The position numbers and the translations under genes are program-made. This document shows, piece after piece, positions 39,601 to 48,353 of a DNA stretch of 64,000 bases (its first letter is position 1; every line of letters starts with the position of its first letter). The stretch lies in assembly GCA_964502175.1 (NCBI GenBank), contig CAZCVE010000014.1, positions 24,969 to 88,968 on the forward strand, written 5' to 3'. Under the pieces are notes generated by a model, which worked only from the letters and a program-made list of their open reading frames with translations, searched no databases and was not told the origin of the DNA. This DNA comes from an uncultured Sandaracinaceae bacterium (lineage in GTDB: Bacteria; Myxococcota_A; Polyangia; Polyangiales; Sandaracinaceae).

Positions 39601-41054
39601 TCGTCCTGGGTCTCGATCGCGGCGAGGACGGCGCGCGGAGCGTCCCTCGCCTGCGCGTCCCGCGCGCTCGATCGGCGCGCCGTCTCGTCGGGCTCGCTGC
39701 CTTTCACCGGCGTCCCGAGCACGCGTCGGAGCGCCGCTTCGAGCGACACGCCCTCGCGTGAGAGCGCGTGGAGCGCGCGGTGGATCGTCCCGCGTCGTCC
39801 GTCGGTGCGCGTGAGGATCTCGGCGCGTCCGGAGGCGTCGAGATCCACACGGGCATGCTCGAGCGCGCGGGCGAGCTCGGCTTCTTCGACGAGAGGGATC
39901 GACATCGTGAGGAGCGACGGGCTCGCGTCGCGGAGCGCACGAACGAGGCCAGGATCGGCGCCGACGATGATCAAGCTCCCGCGCGCACGACCGAACGTCG
40001 CGCGGGCTGCGGTCACGAGATCCGCGAGGAGATCGGGGCTCGCCGCGTCTGCGCCGTCGATCAGCCATCGGACCCCCGCGTCCATGGCGCGCGAGTGGGC
40101 GCGCTCGACGAGGCGCTCGCGATCCTCGGTGTGAGGCGTGTCGAAGAGCGGCGCGGTGGCAGCGAGGCCGCCCACGAGCACGCGCGCGTCGATCCGCGCG
40201 AGCGACCGCGCGCCGAGGTTGCGGTGCACGACGCGCTGCGCGAGGTGGGTCCGACCTCCGCCCGCGGCCGACGTGATCACCACGGTGCGTCCGTCGTCGG
40301 CGTCGATCGCGCGCTGGAGCTCTGTGAGCAGTCGGGTGAGCGGATCCTCGTGCTCGACCGATCGGGTCGACCTCCGCGGGAGCGCGTCGAGCTGCGCGAG
40401 CGCGACCTCGATCGACGGCGGACGTGCGCGCGGATCGATCGCGACGCACGCATCGAGGAGCCCATCGAGCCGCGCGTCGAGGCCTCTGAGGCCTGCTCGC
40501 TCGAGCGTTCGCGCGAACGCGTAGAGCTCCGTCTGCGCGCTCGTGGTGGCGCCGGCGAGGAGCTCCGGCGCGAGGAAGCCGTGCGTGCCTCCGCGCGCCG
40601 TCGCACCGAGCGGCGTCACGAGGCCGAGGTCGAGGAGGCGCACGACGTCGTGCACGTCGACGAGCACGTGCGCGGGCTTGAGATCACCGTGCACGAGGCC
40701 GCGCGACTCGAGCGCGTGCAGCGCGTCGAGCACCTGGGTCGCGATCGCACGCGCCGACTGCGCGGACGGCGCGAGGCGATCGAGCGGTGTGCCCTGCACG
40801 TCCTCGAGGACGACGGTGAGCGTGCCGTCGTCGTGTCGCGAGATCGCGTGCACCGCGCGCGACGCGGGGTGGCCGTCGAGGTCGAGCAGGAGGTTCACCT
40901 CTCGCTCGAGCGCGTCGCGCGCCGCGCCCGCGACAGCGCGCTTCACGATCACGTCGGGTCCACCCAGGCGATCGCTCGCGCGCCACACGTCCGGCCCCAG
41001 CGCTGTGTGCGAGACGAAACGATCGAGCCCGGGCCGCATGTCTCGTTGATACAA
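36666..41054 (-). CDS. multidomain sigma54-dependent activator: N-terminal (degenerate) Ser/Thr kinase domain, AAA/TPR central region, GAF, sigma54-interaction AAA+ domain and Fis-type HTH
   Basis: HGDLKPAHVLVD and DLG kinase remnants without a glycine loop. TPR-like repeats. GAF domain. GESGTGKE Walker A, GAFTGA motif and VRLLRALQERE of the sigma54 interaction domain. C-terminal HTH (NAARALGVSRATLHRFL). Confidence 0.85.
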   Translation of the reverse strand: MYQRDMRPGLDRFVSHTALGPDVWRASDRLGGPDVIVKRAVAGAARDALEREVNLLLDLDGHPASRAVHAISRHDDGTLTVVLEDVQGTPLDRLAPSAQSARAIATQVLDALHALESRGLVHGDLKPAHVLVDVHDVVRLLDLGLVTPLGATARGGTHGFLAPELLAGATTSAQTELYAFARTLERAGLRGLDARLDGLLDACVAIDPRARPPSIEVALAQLDALPRRSTRSVEHEDPLTRLLTELQRAIDADDGRTVVITSAAGGGRTHLAQRVVHRNLGARSLARIDARVLVGGLAATAPLFDTPHTEDRERLVERAHSRAMDAGVRWLIDGADAASPDLLADLVTAARATFGRARGSLIIVGADPGLVRALRDASPSLLTMSIPLVEEAELARALEHARVDLDASGRAEILTRTDGRRGTIHRALHALSREGVSLEAALRRVLGTPVKGSEPDETARRSSARDAQARDAPRAVLAAIETQDDDEALRLAAWAHGRVGSVAQALTAIDRVAAARRSTNDRADRARFLERLGRFDEALDEARSLLDEPELSPDVLAVALIAGATSAHRRGQLELARALIDRAPSTLDAIARARLDTIASDVALARGDRADAVACAERARERAESLGDRGLLALVEARLGAIAGLGGDPARALSHHARALAHAEAAGDLSALPPYLGNLATAHHVLGHVDAAIAAYERAAGLAERLGRAASLATALVNLAGLHQLLRADEEAAALLERADDVAQRAGIALVVAQVALVRAELARDGGDVRAARERAAAARTSFTQLGASRQALEASLALAEIDALEGRANDLLERTMSTELEEAGLSARASVLRATRALRDRRTSDACTFAEEALEHARAARQLEQELHALAFLARSHAELGTGAADVHTTAFRRRLGDLAARTPASLRERFVRRWTENVAPTAPLAAPSTSTAGSRAADGLGIVGQRLVSLVRRTLLEDDESRLLEAALDEAIAASGAERGFLLLKRGGKRAEIAVARNLDRDTIKQPRFRMSRSVADRVLATNEPLVTASATEDPELAGSRSILDLGLRSIVCVPVRSPSGVVGALYLDHRFERGRFDSEVSETAQAFADVIGLALENARLHRASEARVREAESSRAAAEERASTHLLEADRMAALLASRATLGSHGTHDDAPGGIVGRAPAIRAAIELVRKVARSDLAVTIEGESGTGKELFARLAHDESPRRTGPFLAINCGALPEPLLESELFGHMRGAFTGATRDHAGLLRSAQGGTVFLDEVGEMPQSMQVRLLRALQEREVRPVGGRAAIAIDVRIVTATHRRLADEVERGTFRRDLYFRLAGVAVSLPPLRERASDIPLLASAILDRLAPPRRKLSRRALASLLAHPFPGNVRELEQALRRACAIAESDTIEPDDLGLATPSERSLGGPRVELSARRVERALTDAAGNRTNAARALGVSRATLHRFLVAHPPAEPGRRGRPRA

Positions 41055-41125
41055 TAAGAAATGTCGCGAGACAATAAATGGCCCGTGATCAGGCTAGATC
41101 TCGCGGATCCGCTCGATGCGCGTGG

Positions 41126-41141
41126 TGGCACCGTGCTTGCG
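41126..41141 (+). promoter_or_regulatory. sigma54 (RpoN) -24/-12 promoter TGGCAC-N5-TTGCG upstream of the Cys-rich lipoprotein gene
   Basis: Exact match to the GG-N10-GC consensus (TGGCACcgtgcTTGCg), 33 nt upstream of ATG 41174, with GGAGG SD at 41163-41167. Divergent from a sigma54 activator gene. Confidence 0.55.
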
Positions 41142-41173
41142 GAAGGAACGCATCCCCTTCTCGGAGGTTCCTC

Positions 41174-42136
41174 ATGCGTCTCGGTCCCGCACTTCTCGCC
41201 GCCGCGTCTCTCGTCTCGCTCGCTGCCTGTCAGGCAGAGCCGCTCGGGCGGTCGGCCTACGCGGTCACGGCCTGCACCGACGACGATCTCTGCGCGGCGG
41301 GCTCGAGCTGTGTCGAAGACCGATGCCTCGAGGCGTGCGCGGCGGACGCCGACTGCCCGAGCGACGCGGTGTGCCTCGACGGCTCGTGCTGGGCTGGTCG
41401 TGGCGCGCCGTGCGAGACGGACAGCGCGTGCGGCCCGAGCATGTTGTGCGCTGCGGGCACGTGCGCGGTGTTGCCGGGCTCGCTCGCCTGCGCCGCCGAC
41501 GCGGACTGCCCCGCCGGCTCGCGCTGCGACGCGGGCGCGTGTCGCGCGTCGGTCGGTTGTGAGCCCGTCGCCGAGTCGTGCGCGAACGGCATCGACGACG
41601 ACTGCGACGGTCTCGTCGACGAGTCGTGCGGCGGTGTGTGCACGGTCGACGCGGACTGCTCGCCAGCGCAGGTCTGCGCGATGGGCGCGTGCGTCACGTC
41701 GGGGCCCGAGTGCACGACCGACACCGACTGCGGCACGGACAGCGTGTGCGTCGCAGGGAGCTGCGAGAGCCGCGGCCCCGTGTGCAGCGCCGACGACGAC
41801 TGCGGTGCGGGCCAGGTGTGTGTCTCGGGTGTGTGCTCGGGTGAGCCCATGTGCAGCGCCGAGGTCTGCGGCAACGGCGTGGACGACGACTGCGATGGCC
41901 TCGTCGACGACGAGTGCGGCGACGTGTGCGCGACGGACAGCGACTGCGCCGCGGGGCAGGCGTGCATCGCCGGGTACTGCGGGACCGCGCCTTCGTCGTG
42001 TCGCTCGAGCGCGGAGTGCGCGGCGGGCCAGGCGTGCGTGGACGGCGTCTGCACGGTCGAGGGCGACTCGTGCAGCGCGGACACCGACTGCGCCGCGGGC
42101 CAGGTCTGCATGTCGGGCGTGTGCACGAGCGCGTGA
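41174..42136 (+). CDS. secreted Cys-rich repeat lipoprotein with DDDCDG putative metal-binding (MopE-like) motifs
   Basis: Signal and lipobox LVSLAACQA. Repeated DxDCxxGxxCxxGxC modules. Two CxNG(I/V)DDDCDGLVDExCG motifs. Confidence 0.75.
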   Translation: MRLGPALLAAASLVSLAACQAEPLGRSAYAVTACTDDDLCAAGSSCVEDRCLEACAADADCPSDAVCLDGSCWAGRGAPCETDSACGPSMLCAAGTCAVLPGSLACAADADCPAGSRCDAGACRASVGCEPVAESCANGIDDDCDGLVDESCGGVCTVDADCSPAQVCAMGACVTSGPECTTDTDCGTDSVCVAGSCESRGPVCSADDDCGAGQVCVSGVCSGEPMCSAEVCGNGVDDDCDGLVDDECGDVCATDSDCAAGQACIAGYCGTAPSSCRSSAECAAGQACVDGVCTVEGDSCSADTDCAAGQVCMSGVCTSA

Positions 42137-42196
42137 CGCGATCGCCGATCGACTGACCACGCGCTCGCTCGATCTGTCAGCCTGGAGACGCTCCTC

Positions 42197-42832
42197 ATGC
42201 ACCCACGAACGAACGATCGCTCCGTCACTCGCGCCCTCCGGCGCACGCTCGCGGCGCTCGTCGTCTCGTGGGGCCTCGCGGCGTGTCTCGCGACGCCGAT
42301 CCCCGATCCGCCCTCGCTCGAGGTGAGTCGCATGATGCTCGTGCAGGCGAGCGCGAGCGAGGTGCGCATCACCGGCAGCATGGGCGCGGTGCGGCCCGGC
42401 GGTCGTGCGCTGCGGGTGACGAACCCTGCGGCGCCAGCGATGACGGCGAGCGTCGCGATCTACACGGCGGCCGATGGCTCGTTCGGCGCCACGCTCGCGG
42501 GCACCACGGCGGACACGCTCTTCCTCGAGGGACTCAGCGACACCGCAGACACGTTCGAGGTGGCGGTGCGCCTCGAGTCAGGCAGCGTCGTGAGCACGAG
42601 CGCCGGTGGTGATCGTGATCTCGACGGCTCACCCGACATGATCGACTGCGCGCCCGACGATCGCATGCAGAGCGGTCAGCGCTGCGGCATGGCGTGCGCC
42701 ACCGACACGGACTGCGCGGCCGGTCAGATCTGCGTGAGCGGGCTCTGCACGGTCTCGATGTGCGACGTCGCAGAGATCTGCGGCAACGGCACCGACGACG
42801 ACTGCGACGGCCTCACCGACGACGGCTGCTGA
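42197..42832 (+). CDS. lipoprotein with C-terminal Cys-rich/DDDCDG metal-binding-like motif
   Basis: Lipobox LAACLA. C-terminal CATDTDCAAGQICVSGLC and CGNGTDDDCDGLTDDGC. Confidence 0.7.
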   Translation: MHPRTNDRSVTRALRRTLAALVVSWGLAACLATPIPDPPSLEVSRMMLVQASASEVRITGSMGAVRPGGRALRVTNPAAPAMTASVAIYTAADGSFGATLAGTTADTLFLEGLSDTADTFEVAVRLESGSVVSTSAGGDRDLDGSPDMIDCAPDDRMQSGQRCGMACATDTDCAAGQICVSGLCTVSMCDVAEICGNGTDDDCDGLTDDGC

Positions 42833-42835
42833 TCG

Positions 42836-43303
42836 TCAGTCGACGACGAGCGGCGACTCCTGATCGAGCACCCACGTGCCGAGGTACGGATACGTCGTCC
42901 ACTGCCCTTGGTAGGCCTGGTACGCGATGTACGCGGGGTAGAGGACCGAGAGGATCCAGCCCACGACGAACAGCGGGATGAGCGGCACGAGCAAGATCAC
43001 GCCGACGCCGCACGTCACGAAGTAGAGAAAGAAGAACACGAGCGCCGAGACGATCTGGATGCTCGACAAGAGCGCTTGGAACCACGCGGCCTGGTTCACG
43101 TGGAAGAGCACGAACGGGTTGCGGCTCGAGTTGAAGACGAGCACCAGCGTCGGCGCGGCCACGGGGAAGAGCACGCCCGCGGTGACGAGCCCGACGACGG
43201 CGCCGAGGAGGTGTGCCAGCGCGGCGTGCGTGCGGTCTTCGGAATTCTGGAGCGTCTGGGCCGCGAGGGCGGTGTCCATCGCCGTGCGAAACGGTGCGGG
43301 CAT
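42836..43303 (-). CDS. small integral membrane protein (DUF4870-like)
   Basis: Three or four TM helices; HVNQAAWF-type motif. Confidence 0.6.
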   Translation of the reverse strand: MPAPFRTAMDTALAAQTLQNSEDRTHAALAHLLGAVVGLVTAGVLFPVAAPTLVLVFNSSRNPFVLFHVNQAAWFQALLSSIQIVSALVFFFLYFVTCGVGVILLVPLIPLFVVGWILSVLYPAYIAYQAYQGQWTTYPYLGTWVLDQESPLVVD

Positions 43304-43356
43304 GCGCTGACGATAGCAGCGCGGGCTCGGTGTTCGCTCAGAGACGCCTCACACGT

Positions 43357-43638
43357 TCACTCGCTCACTCGGGCCCGGCTCTCGGCCAGCACGAGGTCGA
43401 GCAGTGACCGCGCGAGCGTGTCGGGCACGTTCGATCCGCGCGCGACCGACAGCCAGTGCTGACGAACCACGGCTTCTCGCGCGTCGTCGACGCGGCTGAG
43501 GCCGAGGCGCGCCTTGGTCTCTCTCATCCTCGCCACCAAGGCGCGTCGACGTCCGAGCGCTTCGAGGAACGCGCGATCGATCGCATCGATCTCGTGGCGC
43601 ATCGCGTCGATCGAGTCGTCGGGTCTCGGGGCGGACAT
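43357..43638 (-). CDS. chorismate mutase (AroQ class, monofunctional)
   Basis: 93 aa all-helical; RHEIDAIDRAFLEALGRRRALV signature. Confidence 0.7.
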   Translation of the reverse strand: MSAPRPDDSIDAMRHEIDAIDRAFLEALGRRRALVARMRETKARLGLSRVDDAREAVVRQHWLSVARGSNVPDTLARSLLDLVLAESRARVSE

Positions 43639-43713
43639 CGACCAGGGCTACCACACCGCCTCCCCGCTCGCGGTGCTCACGCGCCGTGGTGTGGTCACTG
43701 GTATCCTCGCGGA

Positions 43714-44616
43714 ATGCTCGAGCGGGTGGTTCGCGAGGCCTATCGACGTGAGCAGCTGCCCTCTGCGGTGCTGTGGACGCTCGCCGCCGATGGCATGCAC
43801 GCCTGGTACGCGATGCTCCGCAAGGGGCTCACGCCCGTGGTGGGATCACGCGAGCGCGCCGAAGAGGAGATCGTGAACGCGGCGACGATCGCGTACCGCA
43901 AGCGCTGGGCGAGCTTCGTGGAGCGTCATCCGAAGATCGATCGGGACGAGCAGCAAGCGGCGCGTGTGCTCGGTGCGCTGTCGATGGTGGCGCGCGATCC
44001 GAAGCGACGTGCGTGGCCGTTTCGCGGGCTCGGAGGTGCGGCGCCCACACGTCGACGCGATCACCTCGCGGTGGAGTGGGCGCTGCGCGACGTGCCCGTG
44101 ATCGATCGCTGGCACGAGGTGACGACGCACCTCGGCGAGATCCTCATCGCGCTCACGCAGACGCTGCCGCAGGCGGTGCCCACGGGCGCGAACGCGGCGC
44201 TCGGACAGATCTGCTTCGAGGGCGGACGCGCGAGCGCTGCGCAGGCGAAGAAGATGTTCGCGCTGCCGGACGCGCCCGAGAGCGCGATCGAGGTGCTGCG
44301 CATGAGCGAGTACGTGTTCCGCGTGAACCCGCACCACTGGCACGAGGCCGACGCGGCCGCGAACACGGGGATGATCGAGGGGACCGCGTGTCCGTGGTTC
44401 ACGTCACCCGGCTGGTCGATGATGCACTGCGGGATCTTCGGCCAGTTCCAGGCGGGCATCTCGTCGGTGTTCGGCCTGCGCTACCAGCTGACGAAGACGA
44501 TCCCCAAGCACGGCGGCACGACCTGTCGGATCGACCTGCGTCCCCTCAAGCGCAAGGACGGCTCGAACGTGGCGCTGCGTGGCTCGAGCGTGGCGCGGGG
44601 CGGACCGACGACGTAA
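43714..44616 (+). CDS. hypothetical protein
   Basis: ATG 43714 (MLERVV). The upstream part of the listed ORF is low-complexity. Confidence 0.5.
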   Translation: MLERVVREAYRREQLPSAVLWTLAADGMHAWYAMLRKGLTPVVGSRERAEEEIVNAATIAYRKRWASFVERHPKIDRDEQQAARVLGALSMVARDPKRRAWPFRGLGGAAPTRRRDHLAVEWALRDVPVIDRWHEVTTHLGEILIALTQTLPQAVPTGANAALGQICFEGGRASAAQAKKMFALPDAPESAIEVLRMSEYVFRVNPHHWHEADAAANTGMIEGTACPWFTSPGWSMMHCGIFGQFQAGISSVFGLRYQLTKTIPKHGGTTCRIDLRPLKRKDGSNVALRGSSVARGGPTT

Positions 44617-44632
44617 TCACCGCGCCCCCACG

Positions 44633-47212
44633 ATGAGCACGCCCCGCACGCGTCCCGAAGTCCTCGCGCCTGCTGGCGATCGCGCCGCGCTCGAGGCCGC
44701 GATGCGCGCAGGCGCGGACGCCGTGTACTTCGGCCTCGGGCAATTCAACGCGCGCGCGCGGGCCGCGAATTTCGATGAGGCGGGGCTCGCGGAGATCCTC
44801 GCGGCGCTCCACGCGCGCGGCGTGAAGGGCTACGTGACGCTCAACACCTTGGTGTTCGATCACGAGCTCGCCGCGATGGAGTCTGCGATCCGAGCGTGCG
44901 CGCGCGCCGGCGTCGACGCGGTGATCGTGCAGGACCTCGGCGTGCTCGCGATGGCGCGCGCCCTCGCGCCGGGCCTGCGCCTGCACGCGTCGACGCAGAT
45001 GACGTGCACCGACGCCGAGAGCGCCCTCTTCGCGAAGGACCGTGGCGTGAGCCGCGTGGTGCTCGCGCGTGAGCTGGGCGTCGAGGAGATCGGCGCGATC
45101 CAGCGCGAGTGCGATCGTCAGGGTGGCCTCGAGCTCGAGGTGTTCGTGCACGGCGCGCTCTGCATCGCGTACTCGGGGCAGTGCCTCACGAGCGAGGCGA
45201 TCGGTGGGCGCAGCGCGAACCGCGGCGCGTGCGCGCAGGCGTGTCGGCTGCCGTACACGCTCGTCGTGGACGGCGTGAAGCGCGAGCTCGACGAGCGCGC
45301 CTACCTGCTCTCGCCCGAGGATCTCGAGGCGAGCGACGTGGTGCCCGAGCTCGCCGAGATCGGCGTGAGCTCCCTCAAGATCGAGGGGCGCCTCAAGGGG
45401 GCCGCGTACGTCGCGAGCACGACGCGCCTCTACCGCACCAGCATTGACGCGCTCGAGGGCATCGACGCGCTCGAGGGCATCGACGCGCTCGAGGGCGACG
45501 GCGGTCGCGGGATCGCGCGGGACGCGGCGCGCACGGAGGCGCTCCAGACCTACTCGCGCGGATCGGGGCCGGGCTTTCTTCGCGGCGTCGATCACCAGCG
45601 CCTCGTCGAGGCCCGCGGCTGCGATCACCGAGGGCTGATCGCGGGCACGGTGCGCGCGATCGAACACGACGGTCGTCGGGTGCTCGTCGGCCTCGAGCGC
45701 CTCGAGACGCGCGTCGCGCGCGGCGATGGCCTGTTGATCGAGGGCGGCCTCGGCGGCGAGGGCGAGCTCGGCGGTCGTGTCTGGGCGATCGAGACGCGCG
45801 CGCCGGGCGAGCGCGCGTTCCGCGACGTGGAGCACGCGGAGATCGGCAGCGTGGCGCGCGTGTGGCTCGGGCCCGATCGCACACCGGGCGCGTCGCTCGT
45901 GGGCCGCCGCGTGTTCAAGAACGACGACCCCGCGCTCGAGAAGGCCGTGCTCGCGCGCATCGAGCGCGACCCGCACCGCGAGCCGATCGCGATCACGATC
46001 ACGGGCGAGAGCGGCGCGCCGTTCGTGCTGCGCGCGACGAGCAAGCGTGGCCTCACCGCCGAGGTGACCGGCGACGCGATCGTGGATCGCGCGCGGAACC
46101 GCCCGTTGGACGGACAGGCGATTCATGCGGCGATGGAGCGCCTCGGCGAGACGACGTTCGTGCTCACGTCGCTCGACGTGCAGCTGCCCGAGGATCGCTT
46201 CCTCCCGATCTCGTCCTTGCACCGCGCGCGTCGCGCGCTGACGGATGCGCTGACGCACGCGGCGGCGCGCTCGATCGAGACGACGTCGATCACGGCGAGC
46301 GAGCTCGTGTCGCGGGCGCTCCCTCCGGATCGCGCCGTGCCGGCCGCGGGCCTCTTCGTGTTGTGTCGCACGCTGCCGCAGGCGCGCGCTGCGATCGCTG
46401 CGGGCGCCGATGGCGTGTACCTCGACTTCCTCGAGCTCACGGGCACGGGGCAGGCGCTCCGCACGCTGCGAAGCGAAGGCGCGGCGTTCGTCGGCGTCGC
46501 GCCGCCGCGGATCCGCAAGCCCGGCGAGGAGAAGATCCAGAGCTACCTCGACTCGCTCGCGTCCGACGCGGTGCTCGTGCGCGGCCTCGGACATCTGCGC
46601 GAGGTCGGGCGTGCGCGCGCAACACGATCCGCCGGATCACCCTGTTTCGTGGGCGATTTCTCGCTCAACGTGACCAACCGGATCAGCGCGAGCGAGATCC
46701 TCGCGGCGGGGCTCGATGCGTTCGTGCCGTCGTTCGATCTCGACGCGACGCAGCTGCTCGGCCTCGTGGGCTCGCCGTTCGGCGCGTGGGCCGAGCTCGT
46801 CGTTCACCACCCGATGCCGCTCTTCCACATGGAGCACTGCGTGATCGCGGCGCTGCTCTCGGACGGGCGCGATCACAAGACGTGCGGGCGTCCGTGCGAG
46901 AAGCACGTGATCGGCCTCCAAGATCGCGCGGGCATGGAGCACCCGGTGGAGGCCGACGTCGGCTGCCGCAACACGGTGTTCCACGCGCACGCGCAGTCCG
47001 CCGCGTCGCTCGTGCCGCGCGCGATCGATGCGGGCGTGAGGCGCTACCGGATCGAGCTCGTGCGCGAGAGCGAGGCCGAGGTGCGTCGCATCGTGACCGC
47101 GTACCGCGCGCTCCTCCGCGGCGAGAGCTCGCCGTCCGAGCTCTTGAAGGCCGTGCGCGCCGAGGGCCACTACGGCGTGGTGCGCGGCTCGCTTCGGGTG
47201 CTCGGCGCGTGA
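44633..47212 (+). CDS. peptidase U32 family protein (collagenase-like) with C-terminal extension
   Basis: U32 signature region (ELEVFVHGALCIAYSGQCLTSE...RSANRGACAQACR). 860 aa. Confidence 0.85.
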   Translation: MSTPRTRPEVLAPAGDRAALEAAMRAGADAVYFGLGQFNARARAANFDEAGLAEILAALHARGVKGYVTLNTLVFDHELAAMESAIRACARAGVDAVIVQDLGVLAMARALAPGLRLHASTQMTCTDAESALFAKDRGVSRVVLARELGVEEIGAIQRECDRQGGLELEVFVHGALCIAYSGQCLTSEAIGGRSANRGACAQACRLPYTLVVDGVKRELDERAYLLSPEDLEASDVVPELAEIGVSSLKIEGRLKGAAYVASTTRLYRTSIDALEGIDALEGIDALEGDGGRGIARDAARTEALQTYSRGSGPGFLRGVDHQRLVEARGCDHRGLIAGTVRAIEHDGRRVLVGLERLETRVARGDGLLIEGGLGGEGELGGRVWAIETRAPGERAFRDVEHAEIGSVARVWLGPDRTPGASLVGRRVFKNDDPALEKAVLARIERDPHREPIAITITGESGAPFVLRATSKRGLTAEVTGDAIVDRARNRPLDGQAIHAAMERLGETTFVLTSLDVQLPEDRFLPISSLHRARRALTDALTHAAARSIETTSITASELVSRALPPDRAVPAAGLFVLCRTLPQARAAIAAGADGVYLDFLELTGTGQALRTLRSEGAAFVGVAPPRIRKPGEEKIQSYLDSLASDAVLVRGLGHLREVGRARATRSAGSPCFVGDFSLNVTNRISASEILAAGLDAFVPSFDLDATQLLGLVGSPFGAWAELVVHHPMPLFHMEHCVIAALLSDGRDHKTCGRPCEKHVIGLQDRAGMEHPVEADVGCRNTVFHAHAQSAASLVPRAIDAGVRRYRIELVRESEAEVRRIVTAYRALLRGESSPSELLKAVRAEGHYGVVRGSLRVLGA
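45446..45496 (+). repeat. in-frame 18-bp tandem repeat x2.8 (gacgcgctcgagggcatc) encoding DALEGI repeats inside the U32 peptidase
   Basis: Direct reading of the sequence: IDALEGIDALEGIDALEG. Confidence 0.9.
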
Positions 47213-48279
47213 CGACGTACACACGGATCGCCATCGCCCATGCCGTGATCGTGTGTGCGGCGGCCGCGGGCTGCGGGCGCATCCACTACGACCCGCTCGT
47301 GCGCGCGACGGACGCGGGGCGCGACGCGTTCGTGCCGCCGGGCGTCGACGCGGACCTCGACGCGCTCGTGATCGTCGATCCCGACGCAGCGATCGACGCC
47401 GCGGCCGAGGGCACCGACACCGGAGGCGGCGGGCCCGGTCTCTGCGACGACGAGCGCATCGTGACGACGACGGCCGCCGCAGGACCAGGCTCGTGGGCCG
47501 CGGCGATCGGCGCGGGCTGTCCGACGGGCGACGTGTGCATCACGTTCGACCTGCCGCCGGGGATGCGCGGCGCGGACGGCTTCGTCGTGGGGTCGGGCAG
47601 CGACGTGACGCTCGACTGCGCGCAGCTGTCGGTGCGCGGCTCGACGCAGGCGATGCGCCGCGGCGAGACGAACACGGGATCGCACGCGCACCCGGTCGGT
47701 GCCTCGGCAGCCGAGCTCCAGATCGACGACGTCGAGGTGGAGATCACCGATCGGCTGATCTTCGTGGGGAGCGAGCCGACGCTCGAGGGCGTCGCGGTCT
47801 ACAGCGTGATCCTCGACGCGGAGGCGAGCGACGCGACGCTCGACGGCGTGATCATCGGCGCGTCCCCGCGCTTCGAGACGCGGCCGCGCCGCGATCCAGC
47901 GCCGGCGTTCGTCACGGGGTCCGCGGGCGGGGCGGTGACGCGCGTGTACGTGGCCTCGCCCGATGGCTTCGGCGACGACGCGCTCGTGTACGTGCCGAGC
48001 GGAAACGGTGCGACGTTCGACGAACTCGACGTGCACGCGGGCGCCCCGCCAGACGCAGGACCGATCGTGTGGGTGCGCGGGCCGTCGGGCATCCGCATCA
48101 CGCACTCGAGCGCGAGCGGCCTCGCGCCCTTCGACGCAGCGTTCCTCCTCCAGGAGGCGCCCGGTGCGATCGTGCGCGAGTGCACGGGCGCGGCCGCGGG
48201 CGCGTCGTGTCAGTTCGAGACGGTCGACAGCGCGGGTCCCTCGCTGAGCGGGAACATCGGCAATCTCTGCATCCGCTGA
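47209..48279 (+). CDS. hypothetical lipoprotein
   Basis: GTGA overlap with the U32 stop; lipobox IVCAAAAGCG. Confidence 0.5.
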   Translation: MTTYTRIAIAHAVIVCAAAAGCGRIHYDPLVRATDAGRDAFVPPGVDADLDALVIVDPDAAIDAAAEGTDTGGGGPGLCDDERIVTTTAAAGPGSWAAAIGAGCPTGDVCITFDLPPGMRGADGFVVGSGSDVTLDCAQLSVRGSTQAMRRGETNTGSHAHPVGASAAELQIDDVEVEITDRLIFVGSEPTLEGVAVYSVILDAEASDATLDGVIIGASPRFETRPRRDPAPAFVTGSAGGAVTRVYVASPDGFGDDALVYVPSGNGATFDELDVHAGAPPDAGPIVWVRGPSGIRITHSSASGLAPFDAAFLLQEAPGAIVRECTGAAAGASCQFETVDSAGPSLSGNIGNLCIR

Positions 48280-48320
48280 CGCGATCCGCTGACGCGATCC
48301 GCTGACGCGCATCCGTGGAC
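48271..48320. repeat. 13-bp tandem repeat (atccgctgacgcg) x3 plus a degenerate fourth copy, overlapping the lipoprotein stop codon
   Basis: Direct reading: atccgctgacgcg atccgctgacgcg atccgctgacgcg catccgtggacc. Confidence 0.9.
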
Positions 48321-48353
48321 CTCGGGCGCTGACCTCGGGCGCTGCTTCGCGGT

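Noticed and set aside
36733-40449. Multiple 100-465-aa ORFs on both strands inside the sigma54 activator gene
   Set aside because: All are Arg/Ala/Ser-rich alternative-frame artefacts within a well-supported 1462-aa multidomain gene.
45862-47208. Upstream part of the 805-aa ORF 45862..48279
   Set aside because: Out-of-frame overlap with the U32 peptidase. Only the portion after the GTG at 47209 (lipobox-containing) is credible.
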